From Candidatus Latescibacterota bacterium (GTDB lineage Bacteria > Latescibacterota > UBA2968 > GCA-2709665), in assembly GCA_965219995.1 (NCBI GenBank), contig CBDCOX010000002.1, positions 1,551,397 to 1,615,396 of the forward strand: a stretch of DNA of 64,000 nucleotides, given 5' to 3'. Shown here in pieces: positions 29,204 through 38,590 of this stretch (its first letter is position 1; each line of letters opens with the position of its first letter). The notes below the pieces were generated by a model that made no database searches, was not told where the DNA came from, and saw nothing but the letters and a program-made list of their open reading frames with translations. Both the position numbers and the translations under genes were made by a program.

Positions 29204-30256
29204 TCACGGCCTGGCCACAGCGACCTCTTTCCCGGACGCCGCCGAGGCATAAAGCGCGTCCATGAGTCGCTGAATTCGCACGATCTCCCTGCCCGATACG
29301 GGAGAAGCCTCACCCTGACGGACGGCACGCAGGAATTCGACGATCAGCGGCCTCATATCGTAGTCGCACGGCTTAACGTCGGGGGTCTCCTCACGCCACG
29401 ATCGTCCATCGTCAGTCCAGATTCGAAGTGGTGAAATAGACGCGGCACCGCGGTCGCCGAGAAGGGTCCAGCCTTCGTGTCTGTCAGAAGGCGCCTGAAG
29501 AAAATTCGCTTCCACAGCCAGGATGGTGTTCCCAGACAACCGAACGAAGCCCGCGCCGAAGTCCTCGAAGTCCGGATCGAGCGACGCCGGGTGGATGTGA
29601 TCTTGCATGGGTCCGGCCGCCATCGGGAAATTGGAAACCCGCTGATGGCAGAATGCGCTGGCAGTGAGCGGTTCGGGGTTGCCAAGCAGCCAGAGCACGA
29701 GGTCGAGGTTGTGAATCGTCCAGTGTGCGAGAACGCCTCCGCCGCACGATCCACGCGACCGGTGCGCCATCGCCGGCAGTCCGCGGGCACACCCTCCCCA
29801 CGTTCGAACGGCGTGTACGTGACCGAGTACGCCGTCTGCGATCCGGTCTCTCAGATACCGGGACTCGTCCCAGGTCCGGTATTGGAAACAGATGCTCAGC
29901 AGTCGATTGTTTGTTTCGGCGGCATGGATCATGTCCCGTGCCTCGTCCGCATTCATCGCCACGGGCTTTTCGCACAGGACATGGCATCCCGCCTCCAGGC
30001 ACATCACCGCGAGGTCTCGATGACTCGAGGGCAGCGTCGCAATGCTCACGACGTCGGGCCTGGTCCTTTCGAGCATCTCTTCCGCATCCAGAAATCCGGC
30101 GACTTCAAACTGTTTTCCGGCCCGCGCCACCCGTTCGGGTACCAAATCGCACACGCCTACAAGCGAACAGACTCCGGTCTCTTCCGCCTCCCGGTAGGCT
30201 GGCAGATGTTGTGCGGTCGCGATCTGGCCGCACCCGATCACCGCGACTTTAGTCAT
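29204..30256 (-). CDS. Gfo/Idh/MocA family oxidoreductase
   Basis: N-terminal Rossmann KVAVIGCGQIATAQHLPAY, CEKPVAMN motif. Confidence 0.9.
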   Translation of the reverse strand: MTKVAVIGCGQIATAQHLPAYREAEETGVCSLVGVCDLVPERVARAGKQFEVAGFLDAEEMLERTRPDVVSIATLPSSHRDLAVMCLEAGCHVLCEKPVAMNADEARDMIHAAETNNRLLSICFQYRTWDESRYLRDRIADGVLGHVHAVRTWGGCARGLPAMAHRSRGSCGGGVLAHWTIHNLDLVLWLLGNPEPLTASAFCHQRVSNFPMAAGPMQDHIHPASLDPDFEDFGAGFVRLSGNTILAVEANFLQAPSDRHEGWTLLGDRGAASISPLRIWTDDGRSWREETPDVKPCDYDMRPLIVEFLRAVRQGEASPVSGREIVRIQRLMDALYASAASGKEVAVARP

Positions 30257-30274
30257 GAGCCCCTCGCAGCAGTA

Positions 30275-30315
30275 GGCTAAACTTCACGCCGGATCGCAAC
30301 ACCGATGCGTTGTGC
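30275..30315 (-). repeat. collapsed remnant of a family A element (A9)
   Basis: GGCTAAAC-TTCACGCC-GGATCGCAACACCGATGC-GTTGTGC aligns with both arms of A2 (GTCTAAC-GTCTCGCC-GGTTTGCG ... CGCAACACCGTGCT-GTTAGAC) with the centre missing. Confidence 0.4.
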
Positions 30316-30498
30316 GCCATCGCTCGGGCGTTCGAACCGCCCATCGTCAACGACTCGACGATTCATGGAGCCGCGCCAGTCACGTCGAAGCTCTTAACGG
30401 GACCAACGTTTAGCGCACATCATTGATGATTGTATTGGGTTTTGGCTCATTCACTTCCTGTAAACGACATCTACCGGGCGTGTTGATGAAAACTCTCA

Positions 30499-30675
30499 TT
30501 AGACGGCAAAGGGCGCTTTGGTTGGTTTGCGACGTGGAAATGACACGGGCTTCTGGGACAATCGGGCTTGCCGCTTTTGAATATCTTCATAAATAGCATC
30601 AATATCGTGATGAAACTTAGCTGCGTATTGCTCACGGAGCTTTCGTGTTTCTTCTACAATCGGATCTTTCCACAT
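30499..30675 (-). CDS. small 58-aa ORF, possible orphan antitoxin-like protein
   Basis: MWKDPIVEETRKLREQYAAKFHHDIDAIYEDIQKRQARLSQKPVSFPRRKPTKAPFAV; below the 60-aa track cutoff; 3 nt downstream of the PIN-like fragment. Confidence 0.35.
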   Translation of the reverse strand: MWKDPIVEETRKLREQYAAKFHHDIDAIYEDIQKRQARLSQKPVSFPRRKPTKAPFAV

Positions 30676-30678
30676 GAT

Positions 30679-30921
30679 TCAACCCTCCATCAGTTCCTGA
30701 GGTGTGCAGATGATAGGCGGTTCAAAGCCTTGTTGAAAACAGATCTCTTCTATGCGCGGTCTCAAGGCCGCATTTGCAATGTGCGTGCAAATCCAGGTGA
30801 GCAAATAATCCATGCCGTTTACCGCTGCAACTGCGATATGGTAGGTACCCCGAGACCCGGCGAGGGGCAGCCGCGGGATATGGCGAAACAGACGCGCCAG
30901 CGCGCAACAGGAGGATTGCAC
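30679..30921 (-). pseudogene. C-terminal fragment of a PIN-like toxin
   Basis: ..YHIAVAAVNGMDYLLTWICTHIANAALRPRIEEICFQQGFEPPIICTPQEL resembles C-termini of PIN-like TA toxins as I recall them; the N-terminal half is absent and the Nudix gene abuts. Confidence 0.3.
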
Positions 30922-31361
30922 TACCTGGCCGCCTCCATGGACGCTACCAGCAAGTCAATCTTGTCGTCGTAGTTGGCAACGAGTTCCGGAAGTGAACTGA
31001 CGTCGGCCCAAAAGAACTCGAATGGATGGATGACGGTTCCGTCCTCCGCATGTTCTCCGTGGCGCCATGTTTCTTCCGTCGGCCCTTCCACAGACAGATG
31101 AAAGAACCAGCGAACCTGCAGTTCATCGCTGCCACAGTCCCGCATGTCCCGCGTATCCCGGCCCAGGAACTGTTCAAATTTCAGCCCGGTTAATCCCGTC
31201 TCCTCCCTTGCTTCACGCATCACGGCATCCCGAGGACTCTCTCCTGGCTCAATCGTACCCGCCGGGACCTGAATGCCTGCATCGGGCGCGCCGGGTTGCG
31301 TAAAGAGAAGCAGCCGGCTCCCGCTGGTTATATAGGCGTAAGCTCTGTGGCGCGTCTTCAT
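30921..31361 (-). CDS. Nudix hydrolase (paralogue of 23584..24024)
   Basis: Nudix box GTIEPGESPRDAVMREAREETGL; co-linear with the 23.6-kb copy over the full length. Confidence 0.9.
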   Translation of the reverse strand: MKTRHRAYAYITSGSRLLLFTQPGAPDAGIQVPAGTIEPGESPRDAVMREAREETGLTGLKFEQFLGRDTRDMRDCGSDELQVRWFFHLSVEGPTEETWRHGEHAEDGTVIHPFEFFWADVSSLPELVANYDDKIDLLVASMEAAR

Positions 31362-31747
31362 TGGAGTAGGAGTTGGCTAGCCCCTGGTCCCCCATATGGG
31401 CTATAATATACTCGGCACCCCGAAGCCGGAGGTGCCGCATAAACCGATGTGGAGTTCTGCCGGACCATCGTAAAATTCAAGACGCAATGAACACGCGAAG
31501 CGCGGTCTGAGCAGTTACAGGACGCGTGCACTACTTGCGGGCATCCGTCCTCCATCCATTCTCTCTGCGTTGCTTGTGCTCAGCTTGTCGCAGTGCACTC
31601 ACTGCGGGCGTACTCGTCCTGCCTCTTCACGGAGCTGACGTCAACCGACTGGGTTTTTGATTCAAGCTGAGTGCTGATAGCTGACGGCTGATAGCTGTTT
31701 CTGCTGCTTCCGGTCGGTCGAATCCCGACAGTCAATCACGGGGGCAT

Positions 31748-32389
31748 CTAGGGCCATTTGTAGTGACGTATCTTCGGATCGCGGTATTTCGCTCGAGTGT
31801 CCCACCACATTGCAATGCCGATCCCTCCCCCGTCGTAGCTGGCATCGGTCACCTGGTTGACGAGTCTACCGTCAATATAGGTCGTCAGCGAGCGGTGCCG
31901 GGCCGAGATGATGAGGTGGTATTCGCGTCCTTTCTCAAGCGGATAGTTGACGACACTGAGCTTGGTGACACCGTGTCGGTCCGGCTCACGCAACGTGACG
32001 TTTATCGACTGCCAGGCATAATCGAACTCCACGAAATAGAAGCCTTTCCTGTCGTCAGTCACGCGGAACGGGAACTGCATGCACGAGCCCTTTTTCAGCG
32101 TAACAAAGAGCGAATATTCGTAGTTCTTCCAGTTGGAATCACCCTGAAACAGATGGGACTTGCGTTTGCCATCCAGGTTCCCGATAACGGCGTCGCCATC
32201 GCGAGCCCATGCGCCGGATGACGCGGTCGGCCCCCAGCCTTCGAGGCCGTTACCCTGAAGAAGCGATTGCCAGGGGATGATCAGGCCGTCGGGCCGGCTC
32301 CGGCCATAGTCGTCGCGGGCGCCGGACTCCGCGTCGATGGTCGAAACCGGGAAAAGAAGCACAAGCAGGCAAACAAAGAGAGCATTCAT
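31748..32389 (-). CDS. secreted DUF1080 (3-keto-disaccharide hydrolase-like) domain protein
   Basis: Signal peptide MNALFVCLLVLLFPVSTIDA at ATG 32389; LQGNGLEGWG..WARDGDAVIG..WKNYEYSLFV fits the DUF1080 lectin-like fold. Confidence 0.55.
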   Translation of the reverse strand: MNALFVCLLVLLFPVSTIDAESGARDDYGRSRPDGLIIPWQSLLQGNGLEGWGPTASSGAWARDGDAVIGNLDGKRKSHLFQGDSNWKNYEYSLFVTLKKGSCMQFPFRVTDDRKGFYFVEFDYAWQSINVTLREPDRHGVTKLSVVNYPLEKGREYHLIISARHRSLTTYIDGRLVNQVTDASYDGGGIGIAMWWDTRAKYRDPKIRHYKWP

Positions 32390-32491
32390 GTCTTCGTCCC
32401 ATTTCGTTGCAATCGCGTGTCGGCGGCCGGCGGCGATGGAAACGCCACCGTGACGGTAGTCACCTTCAACATTCGCGCGTGGACACATCTG

Positions 32492-33553
32492 TCACAGTCG
32501 CACCCAATCCTTAAGGTTTGCATGCTCGAATATCATCTCGTTCTGTAATTGCAGATCCTGTCCCAGGCCGGCGTCGAGGGATCTCTCATACATGGCGATG
32601 GCGATCCCGATGTCAACGTAGGCCAGGCCAACCGCATTAAAGTAAATTCTCTCGTCGTCATCTTCCCTTCCCGGCTTCGAGCCGCACACCAACTCCCCAA
32701 GATTCGCATACAGGTCGCTATCCGTCAGCAGACCCTCCTTGTACATGCGACTCAGCGTCTGTGTTCTGTGTTTCACGGTCTCCCAGTCATCGCAGACGAT
32801 CTTATCGCACTGTTTCGCCACGTTGTATTCATCTTCCCAGCCGCCAATATGACTGTAGAAAGCTCCGGGTTTCATCCATTCTGCCTTGAGCAGCGGCGCC
32901 TGTGCGCTTGTTGCCGTGACGATGATATCCGCTCCGTCAACCGCACGTTCGAGGTCTGAATTCGCGATCGAAAACTCCATATCGGGAAGGATCGCAGACA
33001 TTTCCCGTGTGAACTGTTCTTCCTCAGCACCCAGTTTCGCGGCCACACGACATGTCGTAAGGGACGGTATGGCGGCCTTCATTGCGATCAGGTGCATCTT
33101 TGCCTGTTCACCGGCGCCGATAAATCCAATCGATGTTGCGTCCTGCCGCGCCAGATGCCTGGCAGCCAGCGCGCCGATGCTTCCAACTCGAATGTTGGAA
33201 CAAAGCGTTCCTTCCATAAACGCAATCGGAAATCCATGGACAATCTCGGACAAAATGATCACCGCCGAGAGATTCTGAATCCCATGGATGACCGGATTCG
33301 GCGGAAAGACCGACACCCACTTCATCCCGCATATTCTCTTATCCTTGAACGTCGCCGGCAGGCAGTTGATCCTCTCCTGGGTTTCATCGTTGAAGATTTG
33401 CACGATCTTGTCAGGAAACAGAATGTCTCCTTTATCGAAGGCACGAATTGCCGATTCGGCAGCGTCCATCGCCATCCGGATATCCAGGCATCCGGCGGCG
33501 AGGAGATCTTCCTGTGAAAGGAAACGGCAATGAATGTCATGACGTGGCATCAA
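32492..33553 (-). CDS. ornithine cyclodeaminase/mu-crystallin family protein
   Basis: 353-aa ORF; NAD motif IGFIGAGEQAKMHLIAMKAAIP; family-typical length. Confidence 0.8.
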   Translation of the reverse strand: MMPRHDIHCRFLSQEDLLAAGCLDIRMAMDAAESAIRAFDKGDILFPDKIVQIFNDETQERINCLPATFKDKRICGMKWVSVFPPNPVIHGIQNLSAVIILSEIVHGFPIAFMEGTLCSNIRVGSIGALAARHLARQDATSIGFIGAGEQAKMHLIAMKAAIPSLTTCRVAAKLGAEEEQFTREMSAILPDMEFSIANSDLERAVDGADIIVTATSAQAPLLKAEWMKPGAFYSHIGGWEDEYNVAKQCDKIVCDDWETVKHRTQTLSRMYKEGLLTDSDLYANLGELVCGSKPGREDDDERIYFNAVGLAYVDIGIAIAMYERSLDAGLGQDLQLQNEMIFEHANLKDWVRL

Positions 33554-33577
33554 TGATCCTTCCGTTTGTAGTTGGTA

Positions 33578-34156
33578 TCAGACTCCCCAGTTCGACACAT
33601 AGGATCGACTCTTGAGTCGCTCCGCAAGCTCAATCAATACCGAAACTGACTTTCTTAACCTCGCCGTAGTTGCGTCGTCAAGTTCGCCTTCCTCACCCCA
33701 ATTATCGCCGTGCGCATAGACATTATACGGGCTGACAATGCACTTGAAATCCAGCATAAGGGACGTTGCCAGCGACGCAAACGCCATATAGCTGTGCGGC
33801 AAGCTGGCCGAATTGACAAACATCACGACCTTGTCATAGAAAGCGCCTCTGAGTGATCCGCCTGGAGGCGTAGAGCCTATATACTCGACGAATTTCTTGA
33901 GCTCTGAACAACATGCCCAGTTGTAGACCGGACTGGCCAATATGACCGCATCAGCTGCCGCAATGATCCCATGGCACGATTGGTAAACCTCGGATGAATA
34001 GATCTCGTCGTCGTCGAAATTTGGCGGATCGAGTTGTCGAAGATCGATGAAGTCAACAGAATGCCCCCGGTTCTCCAGGGCGGTCCGACACATGGCAGCA
34101 AGCACCCTGCTGCGACTACGGGCATCGAGACTGCTGCTGACGACTGAAATCCTCAT
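33578..34156 (-). CDS. NADPH-dependent FMN reductase family protein
   Basis: MRISVVSSSLDARSRSR.., ILASPVYNWACCSELKKFVEY. Confidence 0.7.
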   Translation of the reverse strand: MRISVVSSSLDARSRSRVLAAMCRTALENRGHSVDFIDLRQLDPPNFDDDEIYSSEVYQSCHGIIAAADAVILASPVYNWACCSELKKFVEYIGSTPPGGSLRGAFYDKVVMFVNSASLPHSYMAFASLATSLMLDFKCIVSPYNVYAHGDNWGEEGELDDATTARLRKSVSVLIELAERLKSRSYVSNWGV

Positions 34157-34330
34157 CTGAGACTTCCTTTAGATCGGCCCACTTCGCAGGGCCTCGAACG
34201 TTATCACCACCTGCGACCCCGTGCATGCGGGGTGCGCGCAAGCGCCAGGCACAGAATGTCGTGCAACGCAAATGGACGTGATATATTACGTGGGAATTCT
34301 CACTCAGTCAATTCTTTGCCGGTGTATTGC

Positions 34331-35227
34331 TCAGTTCGGGGCTTGCGCAAAAGACGCGACAGATGACGTGTACGCGTGGCCTCCCGCCTGCCTTCGCTTC
34401 TCAAGACTGCTATGAAGTTCGTTAGACTCCCAGTTCCCGCTCTCTGCCTCCTCACGCCACTTCATGTTGTATGTCTCTCGCTTGCAAACGTCCAGGTGCT
34501 TCGGGGCAAGCGTGAGCCACGTCTTCCCTGAAGTAACACATCCGAAACCGTTAACGCATGGCGAGTGCATGTAGAGCAGGTTCTTCGCCAGGTACGTCAG
34601 ATAGTCTTCCGAACAGTACCTGGCTCCGTTATGACTCAGTTCGTCGTTGCAGTTGATGGTCTTGTGCCGGCAAAGTCGGTCCCTTGTCTCCCATGGATTC
34701 AGGATCAGTCCGTCGGAGTCACACAGATACGCATTGTAAGAAGGGTCAACCATCACCCAATTCGAGAGAGTCGAACACCAAACCACCGTAACAACATGAT
34801 TATCATAGTCATACGGATTCAGAGGATTCAGAGATACCAATCTGCTCGGCAATCCCAGAGACAGGCAGGCTTCTGTCAGCACGATAGAAAGCATGTAACA
34901 GTTGATGCCGTAGTCCTCGCCTTTGCCGAACGAATACCTCAGAAGTCCCGAAGCGTTCATGGGCAGGGATTTGCAGACTTCGGGCAGCGATTTGGTGATG
35001 TCGCCTCTGTGGCATACGCCCTCAGACATCCACTGCATCAAGTTCAGGACCCTGGACCATTCGTCTCCACCTCCGGCAATCCGATCAAGTCCATATACTT
35101 TGCGCAGGCGCTCGAGCTCTGGATGTGAGAGTTCATACTGGAAGCCAGGTGCCAACTCGTCCGGAAACGAATCAAACTCGTCAAATAGGCGTAAGAGCCC
35201 GCAGTATAGCCTGAACTGGTTATTCAT
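34331..35227 (-). CDS. transglutaminase-like cysteine peptidase superfamily protein
   Basis: 298-aa ORF; candidate Cys-His-Asp triad GINCYMLSIVL / DNHVVTVVW / VMVDPS. Confidence 0.55.
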   Translation of the reverse strand: MNNQFRLYCGLLRLFDEFDSFPDELAPGFQYELSHPELERLRKVYGLDRIAGGGDEWSRVLNLMQWMSEGVCHRGDITKSLPEVCKSLPMNASGLLRYSFGKGEDYGINCYMLSIVLTEACLSLGLPSRLVSLNPLNPYDYDNHVVTVVWCSTLSNWVMVDPSYNAYLCDSDGLILNPWETRDRLCRHKTINCNDELSHNGARYCSEDYLTYLAKNLLYMHSPCVNGFGCVTSGKTWLTLAPKHLDVCKRETYNMKWREEAESGNWESNELHSSLEKRRQAGGHAYTSSVASFAQAPN

Positions 35228-35268
35228 CGTTGCTTCCTCAAGTTATGTTGATTCTATCTTCCCATTTT

Positions 35269-35354
35269 ATATATCGTCCTCGCAGGCTGCGAACCTGCGA
35301 AGCGGGTTGAGCGAAGGCGCGAATACGCAGGAGCCACAGCCCGTCGTGTTATAC
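35269..35354 (-). repeat. family A attC-like imperfect palindrome (A5)
   Basis: Minus strand: GTATAAC-ACGAC-...-CGCAGCC-TGCGAGGAC-GATATAT; centre GCGAAGCGGGTTGAGCGAAGGCG matches the other copies; lies upstream of the transglutaminase-like gene. Confidence 0.5.
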
Positions 35355-35834
35355 GATGGCGGCCTGATCACGCGAAGCCCAGGAGGGCAATAGTCTTCAT
35401 AACCTGGGTCGCCAGTACCAGCATGTGGTACACTTTTCCGCCTCCGCTTTCCTCAACGTCTACACAGGAGAACCCAATCTCACGAGCCGTCAGCAAGAAA
35501 GCTTCCGTGTTCCTGGTTAGACGGCGCGACGCGTGCATACGGTTACCCAGGACGGCGGGCATGGGAAGGTGCTGAAGAGCTTTTCAGTGACGTCTCCAGT
35601 CTGAGCAGGGCAAGGAGGTGTTATAGGAAGTGCCAAACCTGTTCCCTTACCACAGCAATCTCAATTCCGCACACATTCCCGCCAGACGGCTTTGAAAGGC
35701 TTTCCTGTGTAATTCCATCAGGTACGAATAGGTGCTCGATCTCGAGATGCGTCCACTCTTGAAAGTGACCTTCAAGCTCGGATTGGGAGCGGCAACAGGT
35801 TGTTATGAGAAAGTTTCATCTCGGTCGGCTGCCG

Positions 35835-36752
35835 CTACTCGGGAGCCCCAAGTTCACGGAGTCTATCAATTTCCCGGTAGACCGCACGTTGTTCACGGTC
35901 CAGAGTGCCGTCCGGCCCGGTGCGCCATCTCTGACGCGCCAATGCATAACCCAAGGGCGTGACTTCCTTGATTTCGCTGCCTACATAACATCTCGCCCGC
36001 ATGGATAGATCCGGTCCGTGTCGCAGGAGACAATCGAAGGCTTCGTAGCAAGAGCCAAAGGCGCGCCCAATTGTGTGAAAGATGGGCGTCTGTTCACCGG
36101 TTCCATCAAAGATGATCTGGGTACGTCGCCCATCATTCGTCTCATGGATCGGACCGATCGCATCAATGTCAGCTCCATAATTGAGCAACAGCTCCACGAA
36201 CTCCGCATCGTTGTGGGCCGCAGCCACGTGAAGCAACGTGCCGCTGGTTGGTATGGCGTGCGAAGTGTCTTCGTGGATCTGGTGAATCAATAACGGGTCC
36301 CGTTGAATTCGCCGCTCAAGGGAACTCAAATCGCCGCGATGAATATCCATGTAGGGTCCATCTTCATAATCAGCTCCGGCGTCGATGAGAACATTCACGA
36401 ATTCGTAACGCCACTGACCGGCAGAACCCAACCCGGCCATGAGTCCCGGATTGGGTCGCACGCCACGAGCGAGTAGACGCTTGACCTGCGCCATGTCCCG
36501 ATTCCCAACGCAATGGGCAAGCGAGTGGTTCAGGAAATCAAGGTTTGCGCCCGCGGCTAATAGCGCATCAATGCTTCCCTGTTGATCGCGCGCATTTGCG
36601 TAACGGATCGGCGTGATCAATCGCCGGCGTCCCTTGCTATCGGTCCATAGGAACTCCTGGCCGATCTGAGTTGGATCCCGATCCAGAAGTTCATTGATGC
36701 GCGAGATATCGCCTTTCTCAATGGCTCTCTTCAACGGATTATCGGTGCCCAT
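35835..36752 (-). CDS. ankyrin repeat protein
   Basis: 305-aa ORF; TLLHVAAAHNDAEFVELLLNYGADIDA and further ANK units. Confidence 0.85.
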   Translation of the reverse strand: MGTDNPLKRAIEKGDISRINELLDRDPTQIGQEFLWTDSKGRRRLITPIRYANARDQQGSIDALLAAGANLDFLNHSLAHCVGNRDMAQVKRLLARGVRPNPGLMAGLGSAGQWRYEFVNVLIDAGADYEDGPYMDIHRGDLSSLERRIQRDPLLIHQIHEDTSHAIPTSGTLLHVAAAHNDAEFVELLLNYGADIDAIGPIHETNDGRRTQIIFDGTGEQTPIFHTIGRAFGSCYEAFDCLLRHGPDLSMRARCYVGSEIKEVTPLGYALARQRWRTGPDGTLDREQRAVYREIDRLRELGAPE

Positions 36753-37129
36753 GCCTATTCGATGTTGTGATTTGGAATTTCACATAACTACGGTATTACC
36801 AAACAGTTACGGTAATTTGTATCTGGTCGGAGGATCTGCGAACGTTCGATTACGTTGGCACTTATAGCCGAAGATGTTGCGGATCCCGGATCTTCTGTCA
36901 ACTGACTCGACCACGTGATTGTGGGCCACTGTCCAGGTCGCTTAAGCGGTCGTAGCGTCCCGGCTGCGCGAGGGTTTCCCACGTTATTCCCCTGCCCTGA
37001 GACGACCCAATTCGATCACGGTCGGCATCGTCACCTCCCCCTTGGGACCCAATCCCGCAACCGTCCGGAAATTTCTCAACGCCTGACGTGTGGCCTCGCT
37101 TAGTTCACTGTCCACCAGCCCGGTACGAT

Positions 37130-37630
37130 TCACGCCTCATCAGCGCAGTCGTCCTTCTTCTCGTGGCGTAATGTGCGTTCAAGTTCTGCCAGGAATCCGC
37201 TCTCACTAATAAATCCTGAAAATCCTCCGTAGTCGCTCAAGTCTGAACAGGCTGTCAGAATCGAATTTGCCGCCATATCACTGGATATCTTCGCTTTAAT
37301 CCCATTCAAATAAGATTCAAGATCCGGACGGTCCTGCAAAGCGCCTAACGCTCTGGGCCTGATTCCGGCGATTTCACGTTCCACGTCAATTCGCCATCCC
37401 TTATGCTTGAGAAATGACCGAAACGCGATTTCCTCGGCTTTTTCCAGATGACCATCGATATAGAGCGTCATCACCGCAGCTTCAAGAAAGGCCAATTGTT
37501 CATCTGTCGTAAGCTTTCGCGGATCGATAATTGAGCGCATTCTGGAACTGAAGAGCTTAAAGAGAGTGCCTACGAGGATTGGTGCAAGAATGAAAATAGC
37601 TATCACTGCAATTGAGTCATCTGAGAACAT
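37130..37630 (-). CDS. membrane-anchored hypothetical protein (weakly TerB-like)
   Basis: Start moved to MFSDDSIAVIAIFILAPILVG (one TM); FLEAAVMTLYIDGHLEKAEEIAF weakly resembles TerB-type helices. Confidence 0.35.
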   Translation of the reverse strand: MFSDDSIAVIAIFILAPILVGTLFKLFSSRMRSIIDPRKLTTDEQLAFLEAAVMTLYIDGHLEKAEEIAFRSFLKHKGWRIDVEREIAGIRPRALGALQDRPDLESYLNGIKAKISSDMAANSILTACSDLSDYGGFSGFISESGFLAELERTLRHEKKDDCADEA

Positions 37631-37834
37631 CGATCCCCCTGCAACAGGTGTTTGTCCTATTTGTCTGACGTTCGGCGAACATACCGACGGCAAGTCGGGT
37701 GAGGGATGGGACGGACCGAGCCGCAAGTGCTGCCGTCACCCGACGCCGGGACGATCGTGCTGCACTCCATGACGCCGAGGCCGCGAACCAGCGACATCCG
37801 CTAATCGATTCAGCCCCGCGCGTTTCACATTGTT

Positions 37835-38479
37835 TCACATCATCAGGAAGTTCCTGCCATACTGATACGCGGTCTCGAGATTTCTTGCCCTGTTGCTCGA
37901 TGTTGCAAAGTGATCCGCCATACCAGGGAGGAGCGCGAACTCACAATGCTTCACACCCGCGTCAGGGCGGAGGCGATCATGGGTGTATAACCGCCTCATG
38001 GCTTCAGCAATTCCAGTCTCTTCCAAACCTTCCAGAGTATTCCCCACCGGACAGAGAACGAGAGCCCTTTCGACTGAGAGTCGAGGAAACGGATAGGTCT
38101 CCCCGGCAAACTGGTACTCGTAGGCGTATCCGCAGACCCAAACCCGGTCGAACCATCCCTTCAGCTTTGCCGGACAATCGCTCCACCAGACGGGAAAGAC
38201 AAAGGCCAGGCCGTCTGCCCTGCCGATCTTGCTGTGTTCGGCCTGCACGTCCAATGGTATGGGGAGAGTGGCGCGATTGCCCTGGACGTTCATCTCGCGA
38301 ACGTACTCATCCGGACTCATCTCGCATTTGAAGTCCATTTCATACAGGTCGCCGATCTCGTATGAATGCCCTCCGTCGTCGAGTCCTCGACACAACTCGC
38401 CCAAGACCTTCCCGGTAAAGGACCCTCTCGTCGGGTGCGCAAAGACGACGTATGCATGCATAAAAAGGTTCTCCGTCAA
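37835..38479 (-). CDS. flavodoxin-like fold NAD(P)H dehydrogenase (quinone) family protein
   Basis: MHAYVVFAHPTRGSFTGKVLGEL.. and FVFPVWWSDCPAKLKGWFDRV. Confidence 0.75.
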   Translation of the reverse strand: MTENLFMHAYVVFAHPTRGSFTGKVLGELCRGLDDGGHSYEIGDLYEMDFKCEMSPDEYVREMNVQGNRATLPIPLDVQAEHSKIGRADGLAFVFPVWWSDCPAKLKGWFDRVWVCGYAYEYQFAGETYPFPRLSVERALVLCPVGNTLEGLEETGIAEAMRRLYTHDRLRPDAGVKHCEFALLPGMADHFATSSNRARNLETAYQYGRNFLMM

Positions 38480-38590
38480 AAGCGGTGTGGGACACGCCGC
38501 CCATGATTTTGATATCTATCCCCGGTTGGGCGTATCGACAATCCGTTAACTGACCCCTGATGCTCGGTTAAGGGTTCGCGCCGGCGACAT

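Noticed and set aside
30322-30338. tRNA-like T-arm GGGCG-TTCGAAC-CGCCC
   Set aside because: No matching acceptor stem, D-arm or anticodon arm in the flanking 80 nt. At best it is a fragment, and it is not reportable as a tRNA.
35368-37103. Short ORFs 35368..35562, 36788..36982 and 36915..37103
   Set aside because: No motifs and no convincing RBS. They lie in repeat-bearing gaps and may be gene fragments, but I cannot support them as genes.
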